Shown here in pieces: positions 25,499-37,122 of a stretch of DNA of 64,000 nucleotides. A program made the position numbers and the translations under genes. The number at the start of each line of letters is the position of its first letter. The stretch's first letter is position 1. The notes below the pieces were generated by a model that was not told where the DNA came from, ran no database searches, and saw only the letters and a list, made by a program, of their open reading frames with translations. This stretch comes from Eledone cirrhosa (Eukaryota), in contig CAXHJY010001743.1 of assembly GCA_964016885.1 (NCBI GenBank), positions 86,809-150,808 on the forward strand, in the 5' to 3' direction.

Positions 25499-27115
25499 GT
25501 TGTTATTCCTTGAATCTCAGTCATTGATGTTGGTTAACTGGAAAGTCCGTTGGATTGAATATCAAGCCACTACCTGCAGCCTCAGATATTCAGGACGTAT
25601 CGGAGGGTTCTTGCTGTTCCAAGCAAGCATGCCTTTTGAAGCGTTCCAAAAAGCGTGAAGGGGCCGATTTTCTTTAACCATCCCTGGAAACTTTTGGAGA
25701 TAGTCCCCAGTGCGCCTATGACAATCGGGATCACTTTGACTTCATGGCAGTTCCAAATCCTTTTCACCTCCCACTTTAGGTCCTGGTATCGGTTAATTTT
25801 CTCCCTCTCCTTCTCATGCACTCTCGTGTCGAACGGGCAGGCCGCATCCACAATCAGACACGATCTTTTTTCTTTGTCCACAACCACCAGGTCAGGTCTA
25901 TTGTGTTCCAGTTTTTTGTCCGTCTGTATCCTAAAATCCCACAGCACCTTCACCTGATTGTTCTCCATCACCGCCTCTGGCCTATGCTCATACCATTTCT
26001 CAGAATGTGGTAAATTGTTTACTTTGCACAGGTGCCAGTGGATCACCCTGCCCATCACATCGTGTCTCCAGCCCTTATAGTGGGTCTGGGCTAGGTGTTT
26101 ACACTCGGACACAATGTGAGACACAGTCTCCTCTCTCTCTCTACAGATCCTGCACAGTGGGCTAGCCTCCTCCTTGCAGATATGGTGCTTCAACCACTTC
26201 GTTTTGAGGGCCTGCTCCTGCGCAGCCATTAGCATTCCTTCTGTAGCCTTTTTGAGGTCTCCTCTTCTCAACCAGTTCCATGTCTGTGGATCTCTAAATT
26301 CAGTTTTCTCAAAGAAGGTACTATGAAGGGATTTTCCCTTAAGGCTGCTCTTCCTCCTTGATGTTATTTCCTCCTTGGACATCCCCTGGCCTACTGTCCC
26401 CTCCTTCAGTACAGTTCTGAGCATTGGCTCCTTACTATAGGTCACGTATTTGTATAGGTTGTTTTTCTCCATCTGAACACAGTCCTCTATGCTGATAAGA
26501 CCTCTTCCACCCTCAGATCTCCTTAGGTAGAGTCTATCGACATCACTCCTCTTGTGGAACATGTTGTAGATAGTCAATAGCTTCCTAGTCTTGCTATCCA
26601 TTTCTTTTTGTTCAGCAACATTCCATCTCAGAATTCCCGCACTGTACCTAATAATAGACACAGCTCGGGAATTTACTGCGCTTATGGCATTTCTGCTGTT
26701 CAGATGTGACTTCAATACGCTCCTTACTCTCCGAATGTATTCAGTTCTTAACAATTCCTTCATTTTTTTGTTCTTTATGCCATCAGCCTCCAGAACGCCC
26801 AAATACTTGTATCCTTCCTCAGAGTCAATTTCCTTTATCATCTCACCTGTTGGTATCTGGATCCCATTACTTCTGCTCAACCTACCCCTCTTCATCACAA
26901 TGACTCCACATTTACCAATACCAAACTGCATACATATATCACTGATGAAAATACGGACAGTGTCAACAAGCACATCCAACTCCTTCTCACTTTTCCCGAA
27001 GAGCTTAAGATCGTCCATGAAGAGGAGGTGATTGATGGTAAGCTCTCCCCTTCCCAACTTGTATCCTGCTCTCACTTTTCGCAGCATAATGGTCAAGGGC
27101 ATCAGGGCAAGGACA

Positions 27116-27116
<1 letters not shown>
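25497..27116 (-). mobile_element. 5'-truncated Dong/R4-like LINE (copy 3)
   Basis: ORF 25582-27102 is near-identical to copy 2; (TTA)n on both sides. Confidence 0.95.
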
Positions 27117-27202
<86 letters not shown>

Positions 27203-27204
<2 letters not shown>

Positions 27205-27300
27205 CCTTACGGGGTCGATAAAATAAAGTACCAGTAATGCACTGGGTATTTGCTGGCCTTGTGCCTAAAGTAGAAACAATTATTATTATTATTATTATTA
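27203..27300 (+). mobile_element. 3' half of SINE family A
   Basis: ATCCTTACGGGGTCGATAAAATAAAGTACCAG...GAAACAATTATT. Confidence 0.85.
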
Positions 27301-27314
27301 TTTTTCTCCTCCTT

Positions 27315-27505
27315 AAGGGCGGTGGATTGGCAGTATCGGTAGAGGGTCGGACGCCATGCTTTCCAGCATAGTTACATCCCTTTACGATCTGAGTTCAAAT
27401 CCCGCCGAGGTTGACTTTGCCTTTCATCCTTACGGGGTCGATAAAATAAAGTACCAGTAATGCACTGGGTGATTGCTGGCCTTGTGCCATAAGTAGAAAC
27501 AATTA
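27315..27505 (+). mobile_element. Full-length tRNA-derived SINE family A with target-site duplication
   Basis: A-box-like TGGCAGTATCGGTAGA and B-box-like GAGTTCAAATCCC, with central GCCTTTCATCC..GGGGTCGATAAA. ATTATTTTTCTCCTCCTT is duplicated at 27297-27314 and 27502-27519. Confidence 0.9.
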
Positions 27506-27689
27506 TTTTTCTCCTCCTTCTTCTTCTTCTTCTTCTCCACCTCCTCTTCCTCCTCCTCCCGCCCCCTCCTCCTCCTCATCCTCATCCTCCTCCTTCTTCT
27601 TCTTCTTCTCCTCATCCTCCTCCTCCTCCCTCTCCTCCTCCTCCTCCTCCTCATTCTTCTTCTGCTTCTTCTTCTTCTTATCATTATTA

Positions 27690-27719
<30 letters not shown>

Positions 27720-27721
<2 letters not shown>

Positions 27722-28052
27722 GTTGTTATTCCTTGAATCTCAGTCATTGATGTTGGTTAACTGGAAAGTCCGTTGGAATGAATATCAAGCCACTACCTGC
27801 AGCCTCAGATATTCAGGACGTATCGGAGGGTTCTTGCTGTTCCAAGCAAGCATGCCTTTTGAAGCGTTTCAAAAAGCGTGAAGGGGCCGATTTTCTTTAA
27901 CCATCCCTGGAAACTTTTGGAGATAGTCCCCAGTGCGCCTATGACAATCGGGATCACTTTGACTTCATGGCAGTTCCAAATCCTTTTCACCTCCCACTTT
28001 AGGTCCTGGTATCGGTTAATTTTCTCCCTCTCCTTCTCTTGCACTCTCGTGT
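27720..28052 (-). mobile_element. Short 3' fragment of Dong/R4-like LINE (copy 4)
   Basis: TRVQEKEREKINRY...LRYVLNI plus 3'UTR; (TTA)n on both sides. Confidence 0.93.
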
Positions 28053-28097
28053 TATTATTATTATCATTATTAATATTATTATTATTATTATTATTAT

Positions 28098-29870
28098 TCA
28101 CCCATTCATTCCTGAGATGGTCATGGTAGGGAGAGTCCTCAAACACTCCTTCCAGCAGGTCCTGTCAGAAGAAATCATTTCCAACTGCTCCAGCTGGATC
28201 CTAAGTGTGACCAGCCAAGTGTGACCAGCCCCCAAGTTTGACCAGTCAAGCTCATTGATGTTATCCAACCATATTGCTCGGAATTCCCAAGTTTGACGAG
28301 CCAAGCTCATTGATGTTATCCAACCATATTGCTCGGAATTCCCAAGTTTGACGAGCCAAGCTCATGGATTTTATCCAACCATATTGCTCGGAATCCCCAA
28401 GTTTGACGAGCCAAGCTCATGGATTTTATCCAACCATATTGCTCGGAATCACCAAGTTTGACCAGCCAAGCTCATGGATTTTATCCAACCATATTGCTCG
28501 GAATCCCCAAGTTTGACCAGCCAAGCTCATGGATTTTATCCAACCATATTGCTCGGAATCCCCAAGTTTGACCAGCCAAGCTCATGGATTTTATCCAACC
28601 ATATTGCTCGGAATCCCCAAGTTTGACCAGCCAAGCTCATGGATTTTATCCAACCATATTGCTCGGAATCCCCAAGTTTGACCAGCCAAGCTCATGGATT
28701 TTATCCAACCATATTGCTCGGAATCCCCAAGTTTGACCAGCCAAGCTCATTGATGTTATCCAACCATATTGCTCGGAATTCCCAAGTTTGACGAGCCAAG
28801 CTCATTGATGTTATCCAACCATATTGCTCGGAATCCCCAAGTTTGACCAGCCAAGCTCATGGATTTTATCCAACCATATTGCTCGGAATCCCCAAGTTTG
28901 ACGAGCCAAGCTCATGGATTTTATCCAACCATATTGCTCGGAATTCCCAAGTTTGACCAGCCAAGCTCATGGATTTTATCCAACCATATTGCTCGGAATC
29001 CCCAAGTTTGACCAGCCAAGCTCATGGATTTTATCCAACCATATTGCTCGGAATCCCCAAGTTTGACCAGCCAAGCTCATGGATTTTATCCAACCATATT
29101 GCTCGGAATCCCCAAGTTTGACCAGCCAAGCTCATTGATGTTATCCAACCATATTGCTCGGAATCCCCAAGTTTGACCAGCCAAGCTCATGGATTTTATC
29201 CAACCATATTGCTCGGAATCCCCAAGTTTGACCAGCCAAGCTCATGGATGTTATCCAACCATATTGCTCGGAATCCCCAAGTTTGACCAGCCAAGCTCAT
29301 GGATTTTATCCAACCATATTGCTCGGAATCCCCAAGTTTGACCAGCCAAGCTCATGGATGTTATCCAACCATATTGCTCGGAATCCCCAAGTTTGACCAG
29401 CCAAGCTCATGGATTTTATCCAACCATATTGCTCGGAATCCCCAAGTTTGACCAGCCAAGCTCATGGATGTTATCCAACCATATTGCTCAGAGTATATAC
29501 CTGAGTCTCCTACCGTTTGGTTTTTACCCGTAAAATTAATCCAGTGATTTTATCCCGAGACATTCTACCCACATGCCCATAGTATCGGAGCTATGATCTA
29601 TCAATTCGGAGAAGTCGCAGATCTACCTGGAGTGACTCTCTGATCTCTGACCTACGCACTTCATCGAGTAACGTTACTCCAAAGACCCTTTGAAGGAACC
29701 ACATTTAAGTCGCTTGTATTCACAATCGTATTTTTTCGATCATTACCCAAGATTCACGACCATAGGTAAGGGTTGACACGAATACCAATTGAAGATAGCG
29801 AGTTTAACTTTTACACCTACCTCCAAAGACCCTTCCGAACTCATTTCGACAGCTTGTATTCCACCGTTGA
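28098..29870 (-). pseudogene. Degraded RTE-clade LINE 3' region (Expander/Rex3-like C-terminus) containing a tandem array
   Basis: Minus-strand translation gives LTYGRESWVM..IQAT*MWFLQRVFGVTLLDEVRRSEIRESLQVDLRLLRIDRS*LRYYGHVGRM, then WLDNINELDWSNLG...DRTCWKECLRTLP. Confidence 0.8.
28231..29490. repeat. 55-bp minisatellite, ~23 copies
   Basis: Unit CCCAAGTTTGACCAGCCAAGCTCATGGATTTTATCCAACCATATTGCTCGGAATC; period checked at 28561 and 28616. Confidence 0.97.
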
Positions 29871-30831
29871 TGTGGAAATTGTGTATTGTGTAGTAGTATT
29901 CTGGTTTACTCATCAATGTCCTAGACCGCATCTTGTGTCCTTTCCAGTATCCCGAGGCAGGGGGTGGCTTACACAAAGTTGACAATACACACTTCAAACA
30001 CGACCTTGTATTGAGTACATTTTATGTTTTATAACCACAAAGTAAGCATGAAGCATATATGTGCATTCATGAGAGCACATGTATTTATATACGCATGTAA
30101 TTATGTACGATTGCATGTTTATATGTATGTATGTTTGTATGTATGTATATATGTATGTATGTATGTATTCATTTTTGTTTGTATGTATATACGTATGTAT
30201 ATATGTATGTAATTATGTATGTATGTGCGTGTATGTATGTGCAAGTCTATGTATGTGTGAGTGCATACATGCGTGAGTGTATGTATGTGTGAGTGTATCT
30301 TTGTACGTGTGTGTATGTGTCTTGCCACGTGTAAGGTAAATACAAATTACGCGCCCGGATCACAATTTCCTTAAGCGGCCATGTTGTCCTCTGCAAATGT
30401 CAGCAGGTTGGAACGAAGTGAATGTTAACGGTGTAAATTAATGAAGTCCGCTACCATGTTTCACTGTGGCAGGAAGAGGGGGATCGCTCTGTAAAATTTC
30501 CCGAGATATAATTTTAGCATGTGTCGGCAACTTGAAATTGATTCACTTCTGTTATGTAAGATTGTGATAGGGTAGATATTGGTATGCTCATTAAGTTAGA
30601 GGTGGCAGTACCTTGAACCTTTCCTAAACACATTGTTACGTTATCTAACGCTACCCATGTAGTATTGGTAGTCTCCTTCGTCTCTTCACTTCCAAATATA
30701 CCTTCAAAGGAATAATATGATAATATGGACGATGAGGGAGTGTAAACAATGTCTTTCTTGCAAATAACTTGTCGTATACGCCGTGTCGTTTAAAACACCA
30801 TTGTATATGTATATATACATATATATATTAC

Positions 30832-31043
30832 AAAGAGTCAGGATCCGGCGACTGAGCTCTTGCTGTTTCAACAGTTAATCCGTCGTGTCCAGACTCTTTA
30901 TATTTTAGCCATACTCTCTACAAATCCAAGTATCGAGTACTCTGTGGAGTAATGGTCTAACTGGCTTTAAACTGGTTCTATCCTGTTATCTGGAACTAGC
31001 TATTGAAACGGCAAGAGCTCAGCCGTCGGCGTTTCGACTCTTT
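30832..31043. repeat. Imperfect inverted repeat (~55-bp arms) next to (TA)n
   Basis: AAAGAGTC..CGGCGACTGAGCTCTTGCTGTTTCAA versus TTGAAACGGCAAGAGCTCAGCCGTCGG..GACTCTTT. Confidence 0.7.
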
Positions 31044-31469
31044 CATATTATCACACCATACTACCCTAAGTAGTAGGTACAATCAAATCTGTAACTTGAA
31101 ACCTTTGTTCCGTCTGCGCCTAAAGGCATAACTTGTCTCTACCTTTTTTGTTATATCCCAATGTGCACTGGAATGAATAGTATCGACCTTCATGAGATCG
31201 AAATCGAAGTGATTTCCAGAGTTTGACTGTTTTATTCCATTGTCTTTGTCCTGTGCGCCCCCTATTTTGAATTCATATCTCAAGACCTGGGCATGGGAGC
31301 TTTTTTTAAAAAAACTCTGTATATGTGTTTGTGTGTGTGTGAAGGTGTTTCTCTCCATCTTTAAATATTCACATGTCTGTCTTTACATTTACCTATCTGT
31401 CCATATATGTATTTATCTAAATAGCTGCAAGTTATTTATCAGCCTACATACTTATCTAAATATCTACCT

Positions 31470-31847
<378 letters not shown>

Positions 31848-32005
31848 ACACGGGTGTGTATGATTGTGTATAGAAGATTATATTAATAAAAGGAATTCCA
31901 ACTTTGTCCGATTTACTCGTTTTATTTACAATCCTTTAAAATTTATAATGGTATTAGAATGAAATAGTATGGTAGAATATTAAATGTTAAGTGTTAATTG
32001 TTAAT

Positions 32006-32044
32006 TGAACAAGTACTTTCATGCTTTTGCAATCTTCAGGTTCA
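32006..32044 (-). ncRNA. Minimal type I hammerhead ribozyme motif with intact core
   Basis: UGAAC-CUGAAGA-U-UGC-AAAA-GCA-U-GAA-AGUACU-U-GUUCA: stem I UGAAC/GUUCA, short stem II and palindromic stem III. Confidence 0.75.
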
Positions 32045-32303
32045 TACTCTGTCGTGACAGTCAAGTTTGCAATTTTCAACTGTAACGAGATGGATAAATT
32101 ATGTGCCTTATATACAGTGAAAAGTGGCTACAGAATGCTAAATCTTGCAAACTGTATTTCGACCAATCGGTGTGTAGTTTCACTGGATTACTAAAGCTGA
32201 TTTGTTTAGGCATGTTGTAGCCACTTTTCACTGTATATAAGGCACAAAATTTACCCATCTCATTACAGTTGAAAATTGCAAACTTGACTGTCACCACAGA
32301 GTA

Positions 32304-32342
32304 TGAACCTGAAGATTGCGAAAGCATGAAAATACTTGTTCA
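32304..32342 (+). ncRNA. Minimal type I hammerhead ribozyme motif (mirror copy, one stem III change)
   Basis: UGAAC-CUGAAGA-U-UGC-GAAA-GCA-U-GAA-AAUACU-U-GUUCA. Confidence 0.7.
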
Positions 32343-32461
32343 ATTAACAATTAACACTTAACATTTAATATTCTACCATACTATTTCATTCTAATACCAT
32401 TATAAATTTTAAAGGATTGTAAATAAAACGAGTAAATCAGACAAAGTTGGAATTCCTTTTA

Positions 32462-32532
<71 letters not shown>

Positions 32533-32838
32533 AGAAGAAGTTTATGAAATGGAAATGCGGGTATACATAATTTATTAGGTAACAATTGTTTCTATAGTGT
32601 ATGGGTTACCTATACCTCGCTATTTGAATAATATAAAAATATTATCATAAACCGAAGGTACACTGTAAGCAAACACACCATGTCGTCAGACCTTTGTATT
32701 GGAATGATATGAACATATTTTATACATCCAATGCAACTACTTAGTAACATTGGAATACAAATTTACTAATTATATATATATATATATATTTATATATACA
32801 GACACATATGCATGTGTGTGTGTGTATATATATGTGTG

Positions 32839-33357
32839 TAATAAATATAATCTGAGTCTTTCGAATATTAATAATAACATTCGATTCGTTTGCAATTATG
32901 CAAACAAGCCTCGTTTTTATAGCCATGTCAGTAGAATGAACACTTCATTCTTGCTCTTGTGTTAGCATGTAAACAGAACTGCAGACACTAATGTTTCTGA
33001 GTATCACCCTTCATCAATACGGCAAATCTAGCTGATCAGTGGATCTGCTAATATGCAGATCTGACTGATCAGCCAGTCTGCCAATATGCAAATCAGGCCG
33101 ATCAGTTACTGTATATTTTAGAAAATATCATATATTTTCATTAGCTTTGACAGTTTGGCAGGTGAACAGTGAGCTGTACTGACGAAGGGTGATACCCAGA
33201 AACATTAGTGTGTTCAGTTCTGTTTACATGCCAATACAATAGCAAGAATGAAGTGTTTATTCTACTGACATGGCTATAAAGACGAGGCTTGTTTTTATAA
33301 TTGCAAATGAATCGAATATTATTATTAATATTCGAAAAACTCAGATAACATTTATTG
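32839..33357. mobile_element. Second fold-back element with ~180-bp diverged inverted arms and hammerhead motifs at 32976-33023 (-) and 33171-33220 (+)
   Basis: The arms are mirrored (TCTGAGTCTTTCGAATATTAATAATAA / TTATTATTAATATTCGAAAAACTCAGA). Consensus GCTGTA-CTGAYGA-AGGGTGATACCCA-GAAAC-ATTAGT-GTC-TGCAG. Confidence 0.82.
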
Positions 33358-34357
33358 TATTCAGCCATGTAGAGCGAATATTTTCTTTATATATATATAT
33401 GTGTGTGTGTGTGTCTGTGTGTGTGTGTGTGTATATATTCTCATGTTAGGTCTCTGCATGTTACTAGTATCATGTAGCCCAGTACAACCTGTTTCATGGT
33501 CGTGTGATCTGCGACTAAACCGGCTCTCCGCACCGGACTCTGGTCTGGTGTGATTTAATTGACTGTCCCCTCCTAAATTGCTGGCCTTGTTCCTATATCA
33601 GAAATCGTATTAGTCTTGTTGGAGTAGCTGTTCTTATAGTTGTTGTTGTACTCGTTGTAGTAAGAGTTGCTGTAGTTGTTGGTTTTATAGTAGTAGTTTT
33701 TGTAGTTGTTGATTTTATAGCCATTGTTGTTTTGTTGTTGTTGTAGTTGTTGTAATTGTTGGTTTTATAGTAGTAGTTGTTGTAGTTGTAGCTGTAAGGT
33801 TTTTATGTGTTATTGAAGTGTGAACAAATTGTTTTTCTAAAATGTCTGTTGTATCCGTCTTACACGCTAACTTCTCTCATCTCCCGCCTTTCAACAACTC
33901 TTCCGCATTCTAGTATACAACACATTTTCTCTACCTTAAATCAATAAGACATATCGATTTTTTTCACTCAACTACATTCGACACTTATATGACTTGCCTT
34001 TGCTCTTCCTTCTTTTTATCACGTCCTTCTTCTTTTGTTCTTCTTCTTGTACTTGCGTTTGTTCTTCTCTACTCCCCTCTTCCACCTCCCCCTCCTCGTT
34101 TTCCTTCTTGTTTTTCATTTCGTTTTATGCTTTCGTCTTTTTGACATCAGGACTAGTCTCTCTCTTATTTCTCATGTATTGCTGATGTTGTTTAATATTT
34201 TTGTTACTATTGTAGCTGTTGTTGTTGTTGTTATTGTTGTTATTTTGTTAATATTTATTTTATTTTATTTTATATTTTATTTTATATTTTTGGTGCTTTT
34301 TTTTCTTTTCTCCTTTTCTTTTTTATTCTTTCTCTAAATTGAGTGAATAAGACAAAC

Positions 34358-34441
34358 AAGAAGAAGAAGAAGAAGAAGAAGAAGAAGAAGAAGAAGAAGA
34401 AGAAGAAGAAGAAGAAGAAGAAGAAGAAGAAGAAGAAGAAG
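34358..34441. repeat. (AAG)n microsatellite
   Basis: Read directly. Confidence 0.95.
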
Positions 34442-34879
34442 ACAGTGGTGGTGGTTGTGATGACGTTAAAGATGGTGGTGGTGGGGTGATGGTGGGAAGT
34501 TATAATAAAGGTGTACCGAAAAAATCAAGGACTGTACATAACGATACAGTTTGATTTTATGTGACATCTTGTAAAAAGAGAGGGAGAGAGAGAGAGAAAG
34601 AAGTAAGGAAAACAAAAACAAATGCGGTAACAATAAAAATTCAAACAAAGAAAGCACCCCAGTGTGATGGCGGCAGCGACGGCGGCGGTTGTGGTGTTGG
34701 TGGTGGTGGTGGTGGTGGTTGTCGTCGTCGTCGTGTGGTCGTGGTCGTTTTGTGGTGGTGGTGGTGGTGGTGGATGTCGTGGTTGTCGTCGTTTTGATGT
34801 TGGTGGAGGAAAAACCAACAAACGGCTATGGTCACCAAAACGACTGAAACAAGTTCCTTTTCCCAGTTCTCCTACTTCA

Positions 34880-35690
34880 ATCTACAGGGATATAGTCAGA
34901 CCAGGTCTGTTCACTTGGACCATGTACGACACTCTCATCCACCTTTCAATAAATTTGAAGCACGTTCTTCTCCACCTCAATTTCCTTTTCAAGTGAAACT
35001 TAAAAAATGTCTATGAGAGATTCGCCAAAGAGGAAAGTGTCTGTCTTCAGCCTTGTTCAATCTTGTCTGCCGCACAACCTATTTGGCCATGATCACATGA
35101 CATAAAATCTAACTGCCCTGCCCAACCAAAGAAAACTTCACAGCTGACTGATAACCAGAGCCAATGAATACGTAATAGAAGCTGTTCCATATGACTTCAC
35201 GAATCAGCCATGTTCGAGAACTGGACTTTTTAATCCCTCATATTTTCTTTCATAGGCTCTAAACCAAAAGACCTGAGTCTCCCAGAGAACGTTGTCATTG
35301 ACCGCCAAAGTGAAGTATCAATCGATCGTATTGCCTGACTGGTAGATGACCGTGTGCGCGTGACCCCCTCTCAGTCTTTAATTGACCCATGACAGTAGAT
35401 ATATTAAAGGGATGAGCTAAAGAAAATCGCATCTGACAAACGACGAGCACAATCTGTTCATCGTCAAGGAAACGCTGGAGATGTTGCATCACCAGGCCAG
35501 GTCTGCACATCAACACCCACGGTATGCCTAGTCCTCCGTTCTATGGGTATTGTTAGCAGATGGATCACCTTTCCTGAGCATTTGACACTGGTGTGGGAAA
35601 GAAAAAGAGGGTAATCTTAAACTAAGAACCTGGTCCCTGTTAATTCTACACAATGGCAAGGAAGTGGTGTTAAACTGTGTGGGGAATGAC
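34880..35690 (-). pseudogene. Old, diverged relative of the Tx1-like ORF2 3' region
   Basis: Minus strand gives FFKFHLKRKLR...FIERWMRVSYMVQVNRPGLTISL* (compare FFKFHLKRKIR...FVERWVREARMARVNGPILSIYL*) and GGLGIPWV..QHLQRFLD (compare GGLGMPWL..HLHLFLD). Many frameshifts. Confidence 0.8.
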
Positions 35691-37007
35691 GTTTCAGCCA
35701 AGTAAGTTACATCGGGATTTCAACTCAGAAACACAAAAAAAAAACGAAACAAATACCACTTGGCATCACGCCCGATGCTCTGATAATTTGGCCAATCCCC
35801 CACCCTAGAGTAGTACTTTATTCTATGTAACCTCCCTCCCGCCACATTCCGGAAGGATGAAACGCAAAGTTGACTACAGGAAGACATGAACTGAAAGCAC
35901 AACGGGCCGGAACAATTATCGCTGAGTTGACCTAAATCAGAGGCCGCACTCGGATTGTTAAAAATCTTTGCTGTATGCAGTGGCAACACTGGAATTTATG
36001 GGTGATTTACAAGACCTCATTTCAGTTCCCTCCGAGTCAGAAGAGCAACGGCCATTCTGTCTGAATTGAGAATTATTTATCTTCGATCTACTTAACGACA
36101 ATAAAGTGTCAGACATATTCGCGCCATATATTCTTGTGGTTTGGAAGAAGATTTAGTTTGTCATAAAACGCAACAAATCTATATAGCGATCTATATATTC
36201 GTCTTTCAACATATTTATACAGTTAAATACAGAACTTTGTGAGGAATTACTTCTTGTTTACCATTTCCTTCATGTTATACATTTTGATCTTTAAATTTCT
36301 TGGCGTATATGAATATTCTAGAGAATTTCAATTAGAATAAATTTTGTTTGAGGTATTTTTAATTATAGATTTCATCAAATACATTTACTGAGAAAAAAAA
36401 GCTGATAGTCTTATTTTCAAATATTAATTTTAATTTATCTGATATATGAAAAGTAATGATTATATTTCAAGCTTTTCGAATATTAATTTGGAAATGCACA
36501 TTAAAATTCATAAATTTATATAATAATATCTTGTGGTGCTAAAATATTTTAATTTCATAATAATGCCAATATCCAGATGAAAATCTATGTAAATATAGAT
36601 AAAGGCGTTCATTTTAAATATAGTTAGGAGTTAGGTGGGAGAGGAGAATTTATCATCCTACTATATATATATAATTTTAATTTGTATTACATTGAGTACC
36701 AATAATATGAAGAATCGCGGCATATTCAGCACAATATAAAATATGTGGCAATGCAAAGCATCTGTTCTACATTATGTAATATATCGTCTAGATCAATGAT
36801 TCTCAAATGGGGGGGGGGGGGTATTTGGTTCCCGATGGGGGGGGGGGGGCATTGAGAGAAAGGTAAATCAGGATAGAAATAGAAACTGAGAAACTATAGT
36901 GTGTATATATAGTCAATCGACTTTCGTCAAATGGAGCCGAGGAAACAATGTTTCCGTTGGTCTTACTAATTGGTAATACTATCTATCGGTTGCATCTCCA
37001 GGTAGAA

Positions 37008-37122
37008 GGAACAACGTGAAATAAAGTGTCTTGCTCAAGGACATAACGCATCACCCGGTCCAGGAATCGAACTCACAACCGCACGATTGTGAATCAAATT
37101 TTCTTACCATTAAGCCATGCAT
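37008..37122 (-). mobile_element. tRNA-derived CORE-like SINE family B, head and central part
   Basis: AACGTGAAATAAAGTGTCTTGCTCAAGGAC...GGAATCGAACTC...TAAGCCATGC. The reverse complement gives a tRNA-like B box plus a CCTTGAGCAAGACACTTTA core. Confidence 0.75.

Larger units (their letters stand above)
31881..32467. mobile_element. Fold-back element with ~250-bp inverted arms and ~85-bp spacer, each arm carrying a minimal hammerhead ribozyme (Penelope-like pLTR derivative)
   Basis: TATTAATAAAAGGAATTCCAACTTTG...GTGGCTACA is mirrored by TGTAGCCAC...CAAAGTTGGAATTCCTTTTATTAATA; the right end runs into (TA)n. Confidence 0.88.

Noticed and set aside
27315-27410. tRNA gene
   Set aside because: A and B boxes are present but widely spaced with no cloverleaf, and the sequence continues into a SINE body and tail.
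28231-29490. CRISPR-like array
   Set aside because: Units are contiguous with no unique spacers, there are no cas genes, and the context is eukaryotic.
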